From the NCBI GenBank assembly GCA_951406725.2, contig OX597820.1, forward strand, positions 96,100,001-96,164,000: a DNA stretch of 64,000 nt, given 5' to 3'. Source of the stretch: Octopus vulgaris. Lineage: Eukaryota. Made by a program: the position numbers and the translations under genes. Positions within the stretch are counted from its first letter, which is position 1, and each line of letters begins with the position of its first letter. Below are positions 15,200 to 30,866 of this stretch, one piece after another. Under the pieces are notes generated by a model that was not told where the DNA came from, made no database searches, and worked only from the letters and a program-made list of their open reading frames with translations.

Positions 15200-15500
15200 A
15201 CTCTCTAGTTGGCAAAAGTGTATATACGATTTACCTTCAATGTATGAGCGTTCAATTTCTGCCGAACGACCTCCACGGGTGCTTTGTTTATAGTGATCGC
15301 GTCTCATATTAGCTCACTTTCTCTATCAAAAGGAGGTTGTCTAAATAGGTGCATGGTGTACCACGCATCAAGTGTAGAAGTAATCGCAGAGCGACGTGAG
15401 ATGAAGTGTTTTGCTCAAGAACACAACGCACTACCCGGTCTAGGAATTGAAATCACGATCGCCAAATAATGATTTGAACACCCTAATAAGACATGCACCG
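15200..15500 (-). mobile_element. Old SINE-like repeat (third family)
   Basis: Minus strand has a degenerate B-box then gtgttcttgagcaaaacactt (CORE/V-like motif); related pieces at 60890-60960 and 61315-61380. Confidence 0.45.
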
Positions 15501-17125
15501 TCACCGTCCCCTTTCTACTTAAATGATACTTAGAAATCGATTCCCAATATGTGTAATTTTTCTGATAAGTTACGTCTAATTTCCCTGTATATATTTTGTC
15601 TAATAGTACACACTAAATATTTCTTTTATCATTTTATCAGTCTTAATCTCTATTCATTGAACAAATTCAAAAGTAATTCATCTTATACGTAATTTTTTTA
15701 TTATACTAGAAATAGCAGGAATCAGGTGGGTAAATTTTAAGGCGTATTACATAACAAACAACCATATTTTGTTAAATATATATATATATAGTTGAAAATT
15801 AAAAGAATTTCTTAGTCAAAACTGTAATAATTTTTTTTTCTTTTACATAATCACTAAGTTTTCATTAGCTACTTGCTTTTAGCAAGTGTTTGTCTTCACT
15901 AGAAAGATCACAATAAAATGTTTCTAGTGTACGCGATTACTATAGCGACATTTCCACTGAACTGTCTCCGCAACTAAACTATTTTCTCTGGTGAACATAA
16001 TACATTATTTCGTTCAAACTAAACTTATAGCAGATTCGCAGTCCCGTGACGTTATGGATTTTGTATTTCATCTTTGCAGTTGATTGAAACCGCCCAAATA
16101 AATATTTGCAATAATACTTCCGTGATTTCGTATTCTGAAGAATAATGACAATATTGTGTATTACATCGATCTGGAGTCTGTCACTAAATTTTGCTTTCAG
16201 GAATCTCTCTCGAAATTACTATGTACACTACATACATCGCACGCGAACACATATATATATTTGTGTATATGTGTGTGTGCGCGTATGTATGGATGTAAGT
16301 AGCTTTGCATGTATATATCTATGTATGTATACACCAACCACCGCACATACACGCACAAATATTTCATTAAATACACGATTATCCTCAAACTTTATCCTTT
16401 TATTTTCCGTTCTCGTCTTATTAAATTTTTTCACAGTTATTTTTAACTATCACATTTCTCAATTCATATGTAACGCTTCCAGAATTTCCCAGTTTTCAAT
16501 TTTAAGAATTGGATATACTTGTCCACAGTGTCGTTTGCCATCTACTCTTTAAATTCCTGTAGATTTCCACCAAAGGGTGTATTTTATTTATTTATTTATT
16601 TTACCGTTGGGCTTCTACGTGGAGGATCACGAGTTGATTTGCTTGTTGTGTTCAAATTATTGACCACTAGCGCTTGTAGCCACGTGTTAACGTTTTGATG
16701 TTTTGATGCTTGTGCCATTTATTTATTAATTTTACCATTGTATTGTTACATGAGTAAGGTTTCAATGATTAATCGTTTTTGAGAAGAATTTTATATAGTA
16801 ATACCTAGTATTTTGCTATAAAACTTTGTTTTGTGGCGTTTTGCTATTGTTCCTTGGTGTAAATGCATGATGATCCTTCGAATGGGAGTTGTACAAATAT
16901 GCCCAATGTAAAACCTAGAACACTGAAGTTTACACTTGAAGTTTCACAATCAAACGTGTATATTAAATTAATCATTAATAGCTAGGACTCATGTTTAATT
17001 TTACAAGGAACAACGTCAAGACATTATACAATACACCACGATATTAGATAGAAAAATACTAGACGATTATACTAGCATACCCTTTAAAATTCCTCATTAA
17101 TGGAAGCCATACCCATATCGCAATA

Positions 17126-18002
17126 CGTGATTAAATCAATAAGTATCCGGACTGTTGCCATAGAAACAAAGTTAAAGCACACAGAGTGAAGCTGCTTGGC
17201 ACAGATTGACCTTGTACTATGCTGTGTATGCACACTAACTTTTAACGCCCTAGCTCACTTTCACTGTTTACAGAGGCGCTTGGAATGAATGTGTGTAACG
17301 TGTAATCGTCGTACTGAATATGACAGAGAAAGTTAAGCAGAGAATATGCATCAAATTTTGCCAAAAATTTGGAGATACTTGCGCAAAGTTTTCAAAATGC
17401 TCTCATTGTTCTCGACACATACAAGGAGATCTTGTGAAATCCGAGTATCTTTTTTGTCAGCTGAAAGCAGTTATGGCACAATCTTCGCAGACACGCACCT
17501 CATACCCAAATCCTCAGTGATAATGAATTGAATTCAACCATAACTATTCTGCACATCATCTGATAACTCACGGATGGCGATTCGACGATTTCCTCTCACA
17601 GCCGCATGCACATCTACGATGTTTTTCTCATTTCTGCTGGTTGCAGGTCTCCCAAAACGTTCGTCAATATCGACATATTTTTCGGTCATTTTGGAAACAT
17701 CTTTACCACTCGTACACTCGTCTGCGGCTCATACACATCTCTCCATATACTTTCTGCAACTTTGCGTGGGCCTCTGAATAGGTATCGCCATGACAACTTT
17801 CTCTGTCATGGTCAATGCGACGATCACACGCTACACACCTTCCTTGGAAACGCTGTTACAAACAGCAGAAGTGAGCTAGAACGTTAAAACTTAGTGCGCA
17901 CACACAACAGAGCTCAAGGTTAATCTCTATCAAACGGCTTTACTCTGGATGTTTTAGCTTCATCACTATATCAACAGTCCGTATATTTATTGATCAGACT
18001 CG
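17126..18002. mobile_element. Mariner-derived non-autonomous element made of two inverted 5' ends
   Basis: TA TSD, TIRs, MTEKVKQRICIKFC on + and transposase HTH remnants on -; paralog at 23498-24377. Confidence 0.85.
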
Positions 18003-18452
18003 TACAACACAGACATAATAAAATATTATTATGTCTAACGGTTAAAAATTTAATTACAATAAACGGATCAAGCTGTGAATGTTCATATAGAAGCCAAACA
18101 TAAGAATTCGATAAGTAAATAAAAAAGAAAACATTCGCCAAATATATTCTATCCTTGTAAAAGAGACTTTGAAGCTCTGAAAACATCGGTTAAATGTAGA
18201 AAAAATATTATTTCAAGGCAGCTGTAAAAAGCTAAGAAGAAAATATGAAAAATCTATAATTAAAAAAAATTAATTTGAGCAGAGTCGTGTGTTTTATGAA
18301 ACAACATACACACACTCTCTCTCTCTCTCTCTCTCTTTCTCATGCATACACACACACACACACAAACACACACATACACATGAACACACTCACATATATA
18401 TATATATACATACATGTATGTGTGCGTGTATATATATATATACCCATGTATA

Positions 18453-18488
<36 letters not shown>

Positions 18489-18489
18489 C

Positions 18490-19277
18490 CGTCTAAGAGT
18501 CCATAAGTCAGGAAAAAATGCACTCGTATATCTGTCAGAAGAGTGGGCAAGGCCTGTGAGGCGCAGGCAGCAGTTACAAGATGGACGATTTCGTGTGATC
18601 GCAAGATTGTTTATTCAAAAATCAAGTATGTGGTTTTCCAACGTTGTCCATTCTCCCTACGATGCCTTGCCAAGTCCAACTAAGCTTCTTATCTTGAGCA
18701 TGATCCTGACATTGATCTTCTGTTGGCTTTGTTCTGAAAGACGCTTCTTAAAACCAGTCAGGAGCTGATCAAAAGTCATTCGAAACGGTAGCTTGCATTG
18801 TCTTCTTGACCAGATTCTGAAGGCGGTAAGTAAACAACACTATGCTCCAAAGAAGAGAACTACATTCGTTGAAGCTGGAAATAAACCATCTTTATTACCA
18901 AAATCAAGGCCGACCTTCCTCTGAATGGTTTCTGATTGTTAGTTCCATGTCGATCTGACAGATGAAGTTTCAGAGTCACATATTACAAACATTTCTCCGA
19001 CTAATTATGGAAGAGTCTAGAAATTATATGAAACGATAGAAGTAGTCTGCAGAGGCTTTAATTCTCTTTCACTCTGAAAATTTTGTCCTTGATCAGTCCT
19101 TACAAGGTCAGTAAACAATAGACCTGGTGAATCTGCATTGTGAAGACGCAGAGAAACCCATTAGGTGGCTTTAAATTAAGAGGGCTGATTCTTGAACTGC
19201 TGCTTCTGGGACGCAAGACGGGGTTCATAACCACCTATTGATTCAACTGCTGGTTCAACAGAGCAAGTTTATCTGAT
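18490..19277 (-). mobile_element. Highly degraded RTE-like LINE 3' part, probably resuming at 19989-20050
   Basis: Minus-strand remnants such as KLPFRMTFDQLLTG; interrupted by the TSD-flanked insert 19278-19988. Confidence 0.4.
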
Positions 19278-19988
<711 letters not shown>

Positions 19989-22415
19989 AAGTTTATCTGA
20001 TGTTGAATGATCTGAAACAACTGTTGACTTCTGCATCCCATCTAAAGCACGAGATATATATATTGCACACATACATACAGGCCTATATGCATGCATCTAT
20101 ATGTAAATAGATATAGATAGATAGCAAAATAAATAATCTTATGGATAAACGAACTTGCTTATAGATTTATTCACAATATAAATAATAAATTTATTATTAA
20201 TACTCCTAATTATATACTTTCTATAGCAAGTTTCGCGGGTTTTATCAGCCATCATGTAACATTACTGGCGATGTTAACCTTACGAGATTTAATAGTGATA
20301 AAAAAAACCTTACAATAAGCTTGTGTCTCTATTCTGTCCTCTATATCTATGTTTTGAACTAAAGTTTTGGCTTAACTGTTAATGATATTCGCAGATGTGA
20401 CAGTAGATTTGAGTTCTTACAGACACCACCACATCTCAATGAGACGGTCATCTACTTAACATTGCCATCCGGTCTCGGTGATTAAGAAACCGGTCAAAAG
20501 AGTAAGTGGACGTATTTAAAGTGTGACCTCTATTAAGGAAACCTTTGGTAGAATCGCCTTTGTTGCAGCAACGCCATATCAACAAGAAGATTCGAAAATA
20601 AAATCCTTAACGCCCAACCAGAACTTACATGATATGAAAGGGCACGTCAGGAGCAGTGGGTAAAAACAACGCATCCAGCATGAAGCAATTGTAGGAGGTC
20701 TCCTTGAAAAACAAATGCATAACCACACAATATCATTCAGGAGCCACAAGAGGCGGAACACAGCTACCCACGCGCATATGGTGGTTAAAGTAGGCGACTA
20801 ACAACTAAGAAATCAAGTGGAGGTTATTCAAGAAATACAAGTCTTACTCCAACTTGCAGCAAAAGATGCAAACTGTGTTTAGTAGAAAAAAGACAAATGG
20901 CATTGAATTACGTTCTTACTTGCACGTATGATCTCAAATGTTGCTTCAAGCCACTAATGGGGGAGGACGCCTACATCGCTTCATCTTATCAATTCTCGCG
21001 ACCGACCTACTATAGACTCCTTCATAACTTCTTTCCTTTACTACCCCAGTCCTTCACGTATCTCTTCTTCACTGCCACGCCTTTTTCACTTCCTCATTAT
21101 TTTCTCTTTTTTATTGTTTGTCGCTTCTCTCTCTGTCTTCTACTTTTCACATTTTTTGTCCTACCACTAACCCCGCACTTATCACTTTCATTTATCTATC
21201 CATCCATACATACAAACATACATACATATGTTTGTCTGTGTGTGCGCACAAAGAAATCGTCAGACCGCTCAACAAAGTAGATTTCAGTGTTTGATCCAGC
21301 TCTTTACGTTGTGGGTTCAAATCCAGGTGAGGTCAAATTTGCGCTTTATTTCACAGGGATCGATAAAATACATCTATCAAATACCTAGATCGTTTTTACC
21401 GAGTAATCCACTCACACCCTCTAAACACTGTCTTCTGTCTATTTGCTTATGTTAAAATCAATTACATACATATATATGTGTGTGAGAGTTTTTTTTTATT
21501 TTTGTTTCTGTGTATGTGTATGTGTGAGTAGAATTGTGTGAATCTTTGCGATATGATTAAGCGTAAAGCTTAGCTTATTATATTTCTGCTTCGTGCACAT
21601 ACATATGTCTGTAAATGTGAAAGTGGGCGAATATTTCTATACATGCCATATAAAGACAAAGTTGTACAAAGGGAATCGTAGAAGCATGGTGATATGTGAG
21701 CATTTGTGCGTACACATAAGTGTATACGTGTGTGTATGTGTGCGCGTGCGATTGTGCGTGTGTAAGTGTGCGCGTGTGCATGTGTGTGTATGTGTGTGTG
21801 CGTGTGTAGAACTATAAGAAACAGTCTACGCATACATTCATATATGCATACTCACAACCACTTATTATGAGTGCGTGGGAGTCTATAGCTTTGTCTGCAT
21901 ATGCGCGTGTACTTATTGTTATTGGCTGATCTCTACTTGTCCAGCAGTAAGATGTATACAGCTTAACGAAATAAGGATGAGCTACTTCAGCTTCTGTCAA
22001 TGTATAAAAGAATTACTTGAGCTAGATATTGAGATACTCCCCCAAAAATCATCTAACATTAATCCTTATGGTACCTCGGGTTCTAACTGCACGATATGAT
22101 TAGAGTTATAGACATTAAACTTATACGAAACTGGCGAACATTGTTAGTTCATTATTTTTATCCATCTTATGAATTATTCCATGTTCAGATTAATGTATTT
22201 ATGTATGTATTATATGGTGAGTGTCTGTGAGTCTGTATGTGTAAGATATACATACAGACACATGCACATACAAACAACACACACACATAGATACACATAT
22301 ATACACACACCAATATATGGATGTGTACACAAACACACGCACACATAAACACATACATATTTACATGTGTATCTACAAACACATAGCTCGTACAAACAAA
22401 TACGGACATTGTGTG

Positions 22416-22449
<34 letters not shown>

Positions 22450-22837
22450 AAATATATAAGTATGTATATAAAATGTTGGTTTGCCGCTTCCGCTGGTTTT
22501 TAGCTGGACATATACTCCGTGATTATTTCAGCCTGACAATTTCAATAATACTTCAGCATCGTATATCTGATCTAGGACACACATTTTGACACAGAACAAA
22601 TAAGCATAAAAACACAGACGTACATATCCACACGCAATCACACACACACACACACATGGACAAGAACATTTGACTGGCTTCTGCTCCTCTTCTATCTTCC
22701 ATATTTCATCCACAAATTATCCGTTAGTCTCTGCCTATAGCAAAAAGAGCTTGCCAAAGATGAAGAGCATTGGAATTTAAGTAAAAAGCTAAGTTTGTCA
22801 AATGAATATATTACACAGAAGCCTATATATCTGATTC

Positions 22838-22908
<71 letters not shown>

Positions 22909-22922
22909 CATACATACACAAA

Positions 22923-22954
<32 letters not shown>

Positions 22955-22955
<1 letters not shown>

Positions 22956-23160
22956 AAGTTAAACATGAAAACACAAAGAGAAAACACAACAACGCGAGAA
23001 CGTGGAACAAATATAGTATTATTGGACGCTCAGGAAGAAAGGGAAGAAGCGGGGTTTTACGTTTCTAGCGGAGCTCTTCGTTAGAAACATAGGAAAAGGA
23101 AAGATCCAGAGAAGGGAAGTCGAAGGAAAAAAAATCGCCAACGGTACACACGCGGTCACA
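22955..23160 (-). mobile_element. HHR family C element; degenerate HHR at 23054-23088
   Basis: GTTT-CTAACGA-aGAGC tcc GCTA-GAAAC-GTA-AAAC; close paralog of 32936-33140. Confidence 0.7.
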
Positions 23161-23167
23161 ACCCCTC

Positions 23168-23230
<63 letters not shown>

Positions 23231-23231
<1 letters not shown>

Positions 23232-23428
23232 GAGGGGTTGCTGAAAAGTTCCTGGCTTTAACGATATCAGGAAAGGCTTGGCAAGAGGCCCAAAGATCCA
23301 AGTTCTTTTACAGACTGGAAAAACTGAAGGACCACTGAAAAAAGTGTGAGAACCTGAAAGGGGAATAAGTTAAATAAGTTGAACTGTATTTTCTTTTACC
23401 CAATCCTGGAGCTTTTCAATACCCCTCG
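23231..23428 (+). mobile_element. Short mariner MITE
   Basis: TA-cgaggggttgctgaaaagttcc...ggagcttttcaatacccctcg-TA; retains transposase C-terminus LEKLKDH*KKCENLKGE. Confidence 0.8.
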
Positions 23429-23439
23429 TATATGTTATA

Positions 23440-23470
<31 letters not shown>

Positions 23471-23497
23471 TGTATGTATGTATGTACAACATATTTA

Positions 23498-24377
23498 CGT
23501 GGTCTGATCAATAAGTATCCCGACTATTGATATAGTAACGAAGCATAAGCATGCAAATTAAAGCTACTTGGCACAGATTGACATTAAACTCTGGTTTGCA
23601 TGTGCATTAAGTTTTAATGTTTTAGCTCACTTCCGCTGTTTACAGCAGCGCATAGAAGGAAGGTGTGTAGCGCGTGATCGTCACATTGAACATGACAGAG
23701 ACAGTTGAGCAGAGAATATGCATCAAATTTTGCCAAACGTTTAAAGAAACCTGGTCACAAGCCTACGCAAAGTTTGCAAAAGGTTTCCTCGTTCTTGACA
23801 CAATCAAGATCTTGCACAACGGAAACGCGAGTATCTTTTTGGTCAGCTGAAAGCAGTTTTGACACAAACTTCGCAGACACGCGTCCCATATCCAAACCTT
23901 CAGTGATAATAGATTGAACTGAACTGTAACTAATCTTCACATCCTCTGATAACTCACGGATGGTGATACGACGATTTTCTCTCACAGCTGCATGCACATC
24001 TACGATATGTTTTTCTCAGTTCTGCTGGTTGCGGGTCTCCCAGAATGTTCGTCAATATCGACATTTCTTCGGTTATCTTGGAAACAGCTTTACCACTCGT
24101 GTGCGGCTCATACACTCCTTCCCCTACACTTTCTGCAACTTTGCGTGGGCCTCTGACTAGGTATCGCCATGACAACTTTCTCTGTCATGGTCAATGCGAC
24201 GATCACACGCTACATACCTTCCTGCGAAACGCTGTTGCAAACAGCAGAAGTGAGTTAGAACGTTGAAACTTAGTGCGCACGTTCAGCCAGAGTTCAAGTT
24301 TAATCTCTGCCAAACGGCGTTGCTTTGGATGCTTTGTTACTATAGTATCAGTCCGGATACTTATTGATCAGACCTCG
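23498..24377. mobile_element. Mariner-derived element, second copy
   Basis: TA TSD and TIR ggtctgatcaataagtatcc; ORF 23755-23997 RENRRITIRELSEDVKISYSSVQSII...RVSAKFVSKLL is mariner HTH plus linker. Confidence 0.9.
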
Positions 24378-24443
24378 TATATGTGTCGTGTCTGTGTGTG
24401 TGTGCGCGTATGTGTGTATATATATATGATATATATATATATA

Positions 24444-24489
<46 letters not shown>

Positions 24490-24548
24490 TTTATTTTTAT
24501 GTATACATATTTATATTGTATACTTATATGTATATATGTGTGTGCGTG

Positions 24549-24600
<52 letters not shown>

Positions 24601-24615
24601 TACATTTCTACATAC

Positions 24616-24673
<58 letters not shown>

Positions 24674-24774
24674 TGACAGACGGACAGACAGGCGGGAAGG
24701 CAGACAGTGCGAGAGTGGAGAGAAAGAAAGTGAGAGAAGACTCAGTTTCTTAAGAAATACAAGAGAATATCGAT

Positions 24775-25330
24775 AGAAAGGTTTTTGATTCTAATTCATT
24801 TTAGAAAACTACTTTGTATTTAGTAAAACAACCTATCGACAAAAGCCACAAGCTCCCATATTGGGACAAAAGTTGTCCCAACATATTCGAACCTAGTTAC
24901 GGTATGCCATGAACTGAAAAATCTATTAAGAATCCTCAAAAATTCTTGGAGTTAAATCCAACTACTTTCCGAAATGTAATTGGAAGAGGTTTCTAGACGA
25001 TCGTTTCATTTTATGTAGGAAAATACTGACAGACTAACAATTCCAAAATCTTATAAACAACATTAGTTCAATTCACCAAGGAGTTTGTTAAAGATAGACT
25101 CCCGATCTTCGATGTTCTAGCAACAAACAGAAATACAATACTTACAAACGGATATATTCTAATTCCACCGACTCCTGATAATATCATCATTTTACATCAT
25201 ACGCCCGAATCATTCCAATTAACATTCCATTCAGCGAATTGGCAAAATTGTGTCAAAGACAACGAAATTTTTTTTAAAATTATCTAAAGAAATATCCCAT
25301 GAAATTAAACGATTTTGGAATAAAGGACGA
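24775..25330 (+). mobile_element. Penelope-like element RT fragment, degraded
   Basis: FILENYFVF..TYRQ, GTKVVPTYSNLV, NWKRFLDD (catalytic DD), IPINIPFS. Confidence 0.75.
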
Positions 25331-25435
25331 AAAACAAATTATAAATATGAAATATCAGTTTCTTAGCTCCATATGGCTTCAAGTTTCCTAGGACAGACAC
25401 TTCACATGGATATATATATATACATTATTTCTATT

Positions 25436-26151
25436 TTAGGCTCAAGGCCCTGAAAAGTTTAATGGTGACAACAAGTCGATTATATCGATCACCTCCCCCT
25501 CAATGTTTCACTAGTATTTAATATATCGACTCCTAAAGTATAAAAGGTACAGTCGACATCAGCGGAAATTGAACTCAGAACATTAAAGGCGGATGAAATG
25601 CCTATTTCTTTACTACCCACAAGGGGCTAAACACAGAGAGGACAAACAAGGACAGACTAACGGATTAAGTCGATTATATCGACCCCAGTGCGTAACTGGT
25701 ACTTATTTAATCGACCTCTAAAGGATGAAAGGCAAAGTCGACCTCGGCGGAATTTGAACACAGAACGTAGCGGCAGACGAAATTTCTTTACTACCCACAT
25801 GGGGCTAAACACAGAAGGGGACACACAAGGACAGACAATATATCGACTCCTAAAATATAAAAGGTAAAGTCGACATCAGCGGAAATTGAACTCAGAACAT
25901 TAAAGGCGGATGAAATGCCTATTTCTTTACTACCCACAAGGGGCTAAACACAGAGAGAACAAACAAGGACAGACTAACGGATTAAGTCGATTACATCGAC
26001 ACCAGTGCGTAACTGGTACTTAATTTATCGACCCCGAAAGGATGAAAGGCAAAGTCGACCTCGGCGGAATTTGAACTCAAAACGTAACGGCAGACGAAAT
26101 ACCGCAAAGCACTTCGCCCAGCGTGCTAAAGATTCTCCAAGCGACCGCCTT
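25436..26151 (-). mobile_element. SINE family 2 nested/tandem cluster
   Basis: Repeated aaggatgaaaggcaaagtcgacctcggcggaatttgaac; block starting 25521 recurs at 25838 (period 317). Confidence 0.85.
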
Positions 26152-26152
26152 A

Positions 26153-26204
<52 letters not shown>

Positions 26205-26300
26205 AATTAGAGACAAAACCACTATTATGCAAATCAAACAAAGAAAGACTTAATCCAATACATAAAATTTTTTTATATAAATTAAATAAAATTAAATTCG

Positions 26301-26346
26301 CCACTACAATTGTTTCGTGTCTCTTCTAAGGACATTCATCAGGTGG
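26301..26346 (-). ncRNA. Hammerhead ribozyme (family E, minus arm)
   Basis: Exact reverse complement of 26394-26439. Confidence 0.8.
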
Positions 26347-26393
26347 TTTTCAGATCTTCTATTCAATTTTAAATTGAATAGAAGATCTGAAAA

Positions 26394-26439
26394 CCACCTG
26401 ATGAATGTCCTTAGAAGAGACACGAAACAATTGTAGTGG
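26394..26439 (+). ncRNA. Hammerhead ribozyme (family E, plus arm)
   Basis: CCAC-CTGATGA-aTGTC cttagaaga GACAc-GAAAC-aatt-GTA-GTGG; palindromic stem III ACAATTGT. Confidence 0.8.
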
Positions 26440-26629
26440 CGAATTTAATTTTATTTAATTTATATAAAAACATTTTATGTATTGGATTAAGTCTTTCTTT
26501 GTTTGATTTGCATAATAGTGGTTTTGTCTCTAATTAATATTATATAATATTTTACTATAAAATTGGATTCAATCCTAAATCTGATTTTTCCCTGTAAATT
26601 TGGATTTATTCCCTAATATTTATCATTAT

Positions 26630-26685
<56 letters not shown>

Positions 26686-26689
26686 TATT

Positions 26690-26881
26690 TGTTCTTGTCC
26701 TTTGATTGCGGTCATTCTGGAGTACTGCCTTTAGTCGAGTAAATCAACCATAGGAATTATCTTTTGTAAGCCTAGTACTTATTCTATCGATCTCTTTTAC
26801 CGAACCACTAAGTTCCGGGAATGTAAATACACAAACATAGGTTGTTAAGCGATGATGGGGGTGACAAACAGACACAAACTT

Positions 26882-26941
<60 letters not shown>

Positions 26942-27100
26942 CTTTCAGTTTCCACCTGCCAAATCCACTCAGAATGCTTTGGTCGGCCCAAGACTATAGT
27001 AGAATTAACTTGCTCATGGTACCACGCCCATGGTGCCACGTACTGAACCCGGAACCATGTGACTGGTAACCAAGCTACTTACCAAACAGCCACTCCTGCA
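26690..27100 (-). mobile_element. SINE family 1, diverged
   Basis: Colinear with other copies; internal (TA)n. Confidence 0.85.
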
Positions 27101-27325
27101 CAGAGAAGTGACTTTCTGAAGTGAGACAAATTGATTGCTTACGTGTAAACGAGTGTCAGTCGTTATGTATTTGTATATATTTGAATATATGTGCATATAT
27201 CGTTATTTATAGGTTATCTTGTGGATCCGTTTTATGTACGTAAACTTTCACTTTACAGAATCTGTGCCGTATCGGGACCTCGTGTTTGAATAATTTAATC
27301 TGTATATGTCAATGCTTATATCTAA

Positions 27326-28133
27326 CTAGCAGCATAGCCCGGCGTTGCCCGGGTATGTAAGAGCCCCTAGTAGGCAACGAATAATCCCAATATAGTCCTT
27401 TCCCCCTAGGGAACGAAAGCGCATGTGTAGGTTGCAATGTCTTCTCTTCACTTCCAAATAACTATCAAACAGCTATCGATAATTCAACCCAACCAATTCC
27501 TACCAGGAAGAAATTACATTCGAGACTTTACCCCCAACACCACCACTTCTGCTAATAGCTGCTTCAGCCGCAAGTTATTCCAATACTTTTTTTGTTTACA
27601 CTTTCTTTATAACTACCACCCCAAACGTTTTACCTTAAATTTTTTGACGTACCCTAAGGGTCCTCGGACGCTACTTACAAACTCTTGGTTTATTATAAAC
27701 CGCTTTTGTCGTGTGCATCAAAAAACCTTTTCCATTCGTTTGTTCAGTTTGGTCACTTTTGACTTTTTCGTTGTTGTCACTCACATTGCTGCCCGCTTTT
27801 TTACCGTTTTTGTACATTTTTATACATTTTGGGATACTTACCCCACGTGTTCCGAGAGTTAAAAAGGTCGAGTTGCGTCCCCTAGACAGTCTGTAGAAAA
27901 TGTGTTGCATATAAAAAGCTTAGATTCTCGACCCATGTCGAATTTATCGATCTTTATTCAGAACTGGTGGATCTTTTCAAAATTTTCGCTGCGTTAGTTT
28001 TGAATTATGACATTGGGCTATGTGTGTGTCAAGTTTCATCAGAATCGGTTGAAAGCTGTGGTCAGGGTGAGGGTACAACCTGACAGACACACAGACACAC
28101 CGACAGATAAACTGCCGTTTATATATAGAGAGA
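27326..28133 (-). mobile_element. Non-autonomous Helitron
   Basis: Minus strand starts TC and ends with hairpin CCCGGgcaacgCCGGG then CTAG; sits between A and T; no TSD. Confidence 0.75.
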
Positions 28134-28672
28134 TTCAGAATACACACACACGCGCGCGCGCGCGCGCGTGCACATACACACACAGGTATACGTACGTACA
28201 ATCTGAATTCCTTTCTTAAGAGCTTCACGCCGCAGTGATCGTCAGTTCTTCAAAAGACATTCATACGTATTCTTACACCCACACACGATGCCATACACAC
28301 TCACATAAACACATACACGCACACATACACACACGTACACGTATATCTCGACGCAAATACCAGGTGTTTTACTTCGCTAATATTAATTCATGTGTTTCCG
28401 CCCGACTCTATCAATTTTTGCCGGAAACATTCACACACACACACTCACGCGCGGATATCCTTTGCCACTCCTTCGAGTTTTACTACAGGTGACAATAGTA
28501 AAGCAGTAACATGAAGATTTTAGTTTAATCTGTCTATCGCATTATTTATTTATACCTCTTATATATCTTATGGATCTTTATTCATCGTGCCACTCACAGG
28601 AGATAAGCAACAGCGATACAAAACTAAAGAGACGGAAAACCACACTGAATACTGTTATCCTCATACACACAC

Positions 28673-29050
28673 ACTCTTTTACTCTTTTACTCTTTTACTT
28701 GTTTCAGTTATTTGACTGCGGCCATGCTGGAGCACCGCCTTTAGTCGAACTTATTCTTTGTAAGCCCAGTACTTATTTTATCAGTCTCTTTTGCCGAACT
28801 GCTAAGTGACGGAGACGTAAACACACCAGCATCGGTTGTCAAGCAATGCGAGGGGGACAACACACACACACACACATATATATATACGACAGGCTTCTTT
28901 CAGTTTCCGTCTACCAAATCCACTCACAAGGCATTGGTCGGCCCGGGGCTATAGCAGAAGACACTTGCCCAAGATGCCACGCAGTGGGACTGAACCCGGA
29001 ACCATGTGGTTGGTTAGCAAGCTACTTACCACACAGCCACTCCTGCGCCT
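28673..29050 (-). mobile_element. SINE family 1, full length
   Basis: Near-identical to 30261-30675; gagtaaaa tail repeats. Confidence 0.92.
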
Positions 29051-29423
29051 ATATGTATATATTACTTATATCTTATCAAAAGTGAAAGAAGAGAAGAAGA
29101 TTGTTGGAGAGAGATGGATTCAGGCAAGAAGAAGAGAAAAACATTGGAGTGGATGGAGGAATAGATAATCAGTAACAATGTGCGGCTAAAGTAACACTAG
29201 CTTTACGCAGTCGATGCGACAGTTCAGCAGACTTGTTAGACGTACTTATGTACGTGTGTATGTATGTATGTGTGTGTATGTGTTTATGCGTGTGTGTGTG
29301 TGTGTGTTTATCTGTCTGTATGTGTGTGCGTGTGTGTTCAGGCGTGTTCGTATGTGTATGTGTGCAAGTTCATGTATATGCATATGAGTGTGTGTATGTG
29401 TGTGTGTGTGTATAGGTGTGGGT

Positions 29424-29556
29424 AGGCGCAGGAGTGGGTGTGTGGTACGTTGCTTGCTTACCAGAAACTTAGTTCCGGGTTCAGTCCCACTGCGTGGGAT
29501 CTTCGGCAGATGTCTTCTACTATGAATGGAGACGAAAACTGAAAGAACCCCGTCGT
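29424..29556 (+). mobile_element. SINE family 1, 5' part with internal deletion
   Basis: aggcgcaggagtgg...gggttcagtcccactgcgtgg. Confidence 0.8.
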
Positions 29557-29567
29557 ATGTATATATA

Positions 29568-29623
<56 letters not shown>

Positions 29624-29651
29624 TGTATATATAGATATATAAATATATATC

Positions 29652-29690
<39 letters not shown>

Positions 29691-29721
29691 TGAGATGTAT
29701 ATATAGATATATAAATATATA

Positions 29722-30675
<954 letters not shown>

Positions 30676-30814
30676 TATACATATGTATATATATATGTAT
30701 ATATATGAATGTATATATATATATATATATATATACATATCTGTATGTATATATATATATGTATATATATATACATACACACACACATATATATGCACAC
30801 ATACACACACACAC

Positions 30815-30866
<52 letters not shown>

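Larger units (their letters stand above)
26194..26635. mobile_element. HHR family E element with a near-perfect 353-bp palindrome (26194-26546)
   Basis: Centre 26370, 1-nt spacer, about 2 mismatches; (TA)n on both sides. Confidence 0.9.

Noticed and set aside
20400-20900. Possible LINE 3' remnant (similar weak signal at 5005-5210)
   Set aside because: Motifs too decayed to assign by eye
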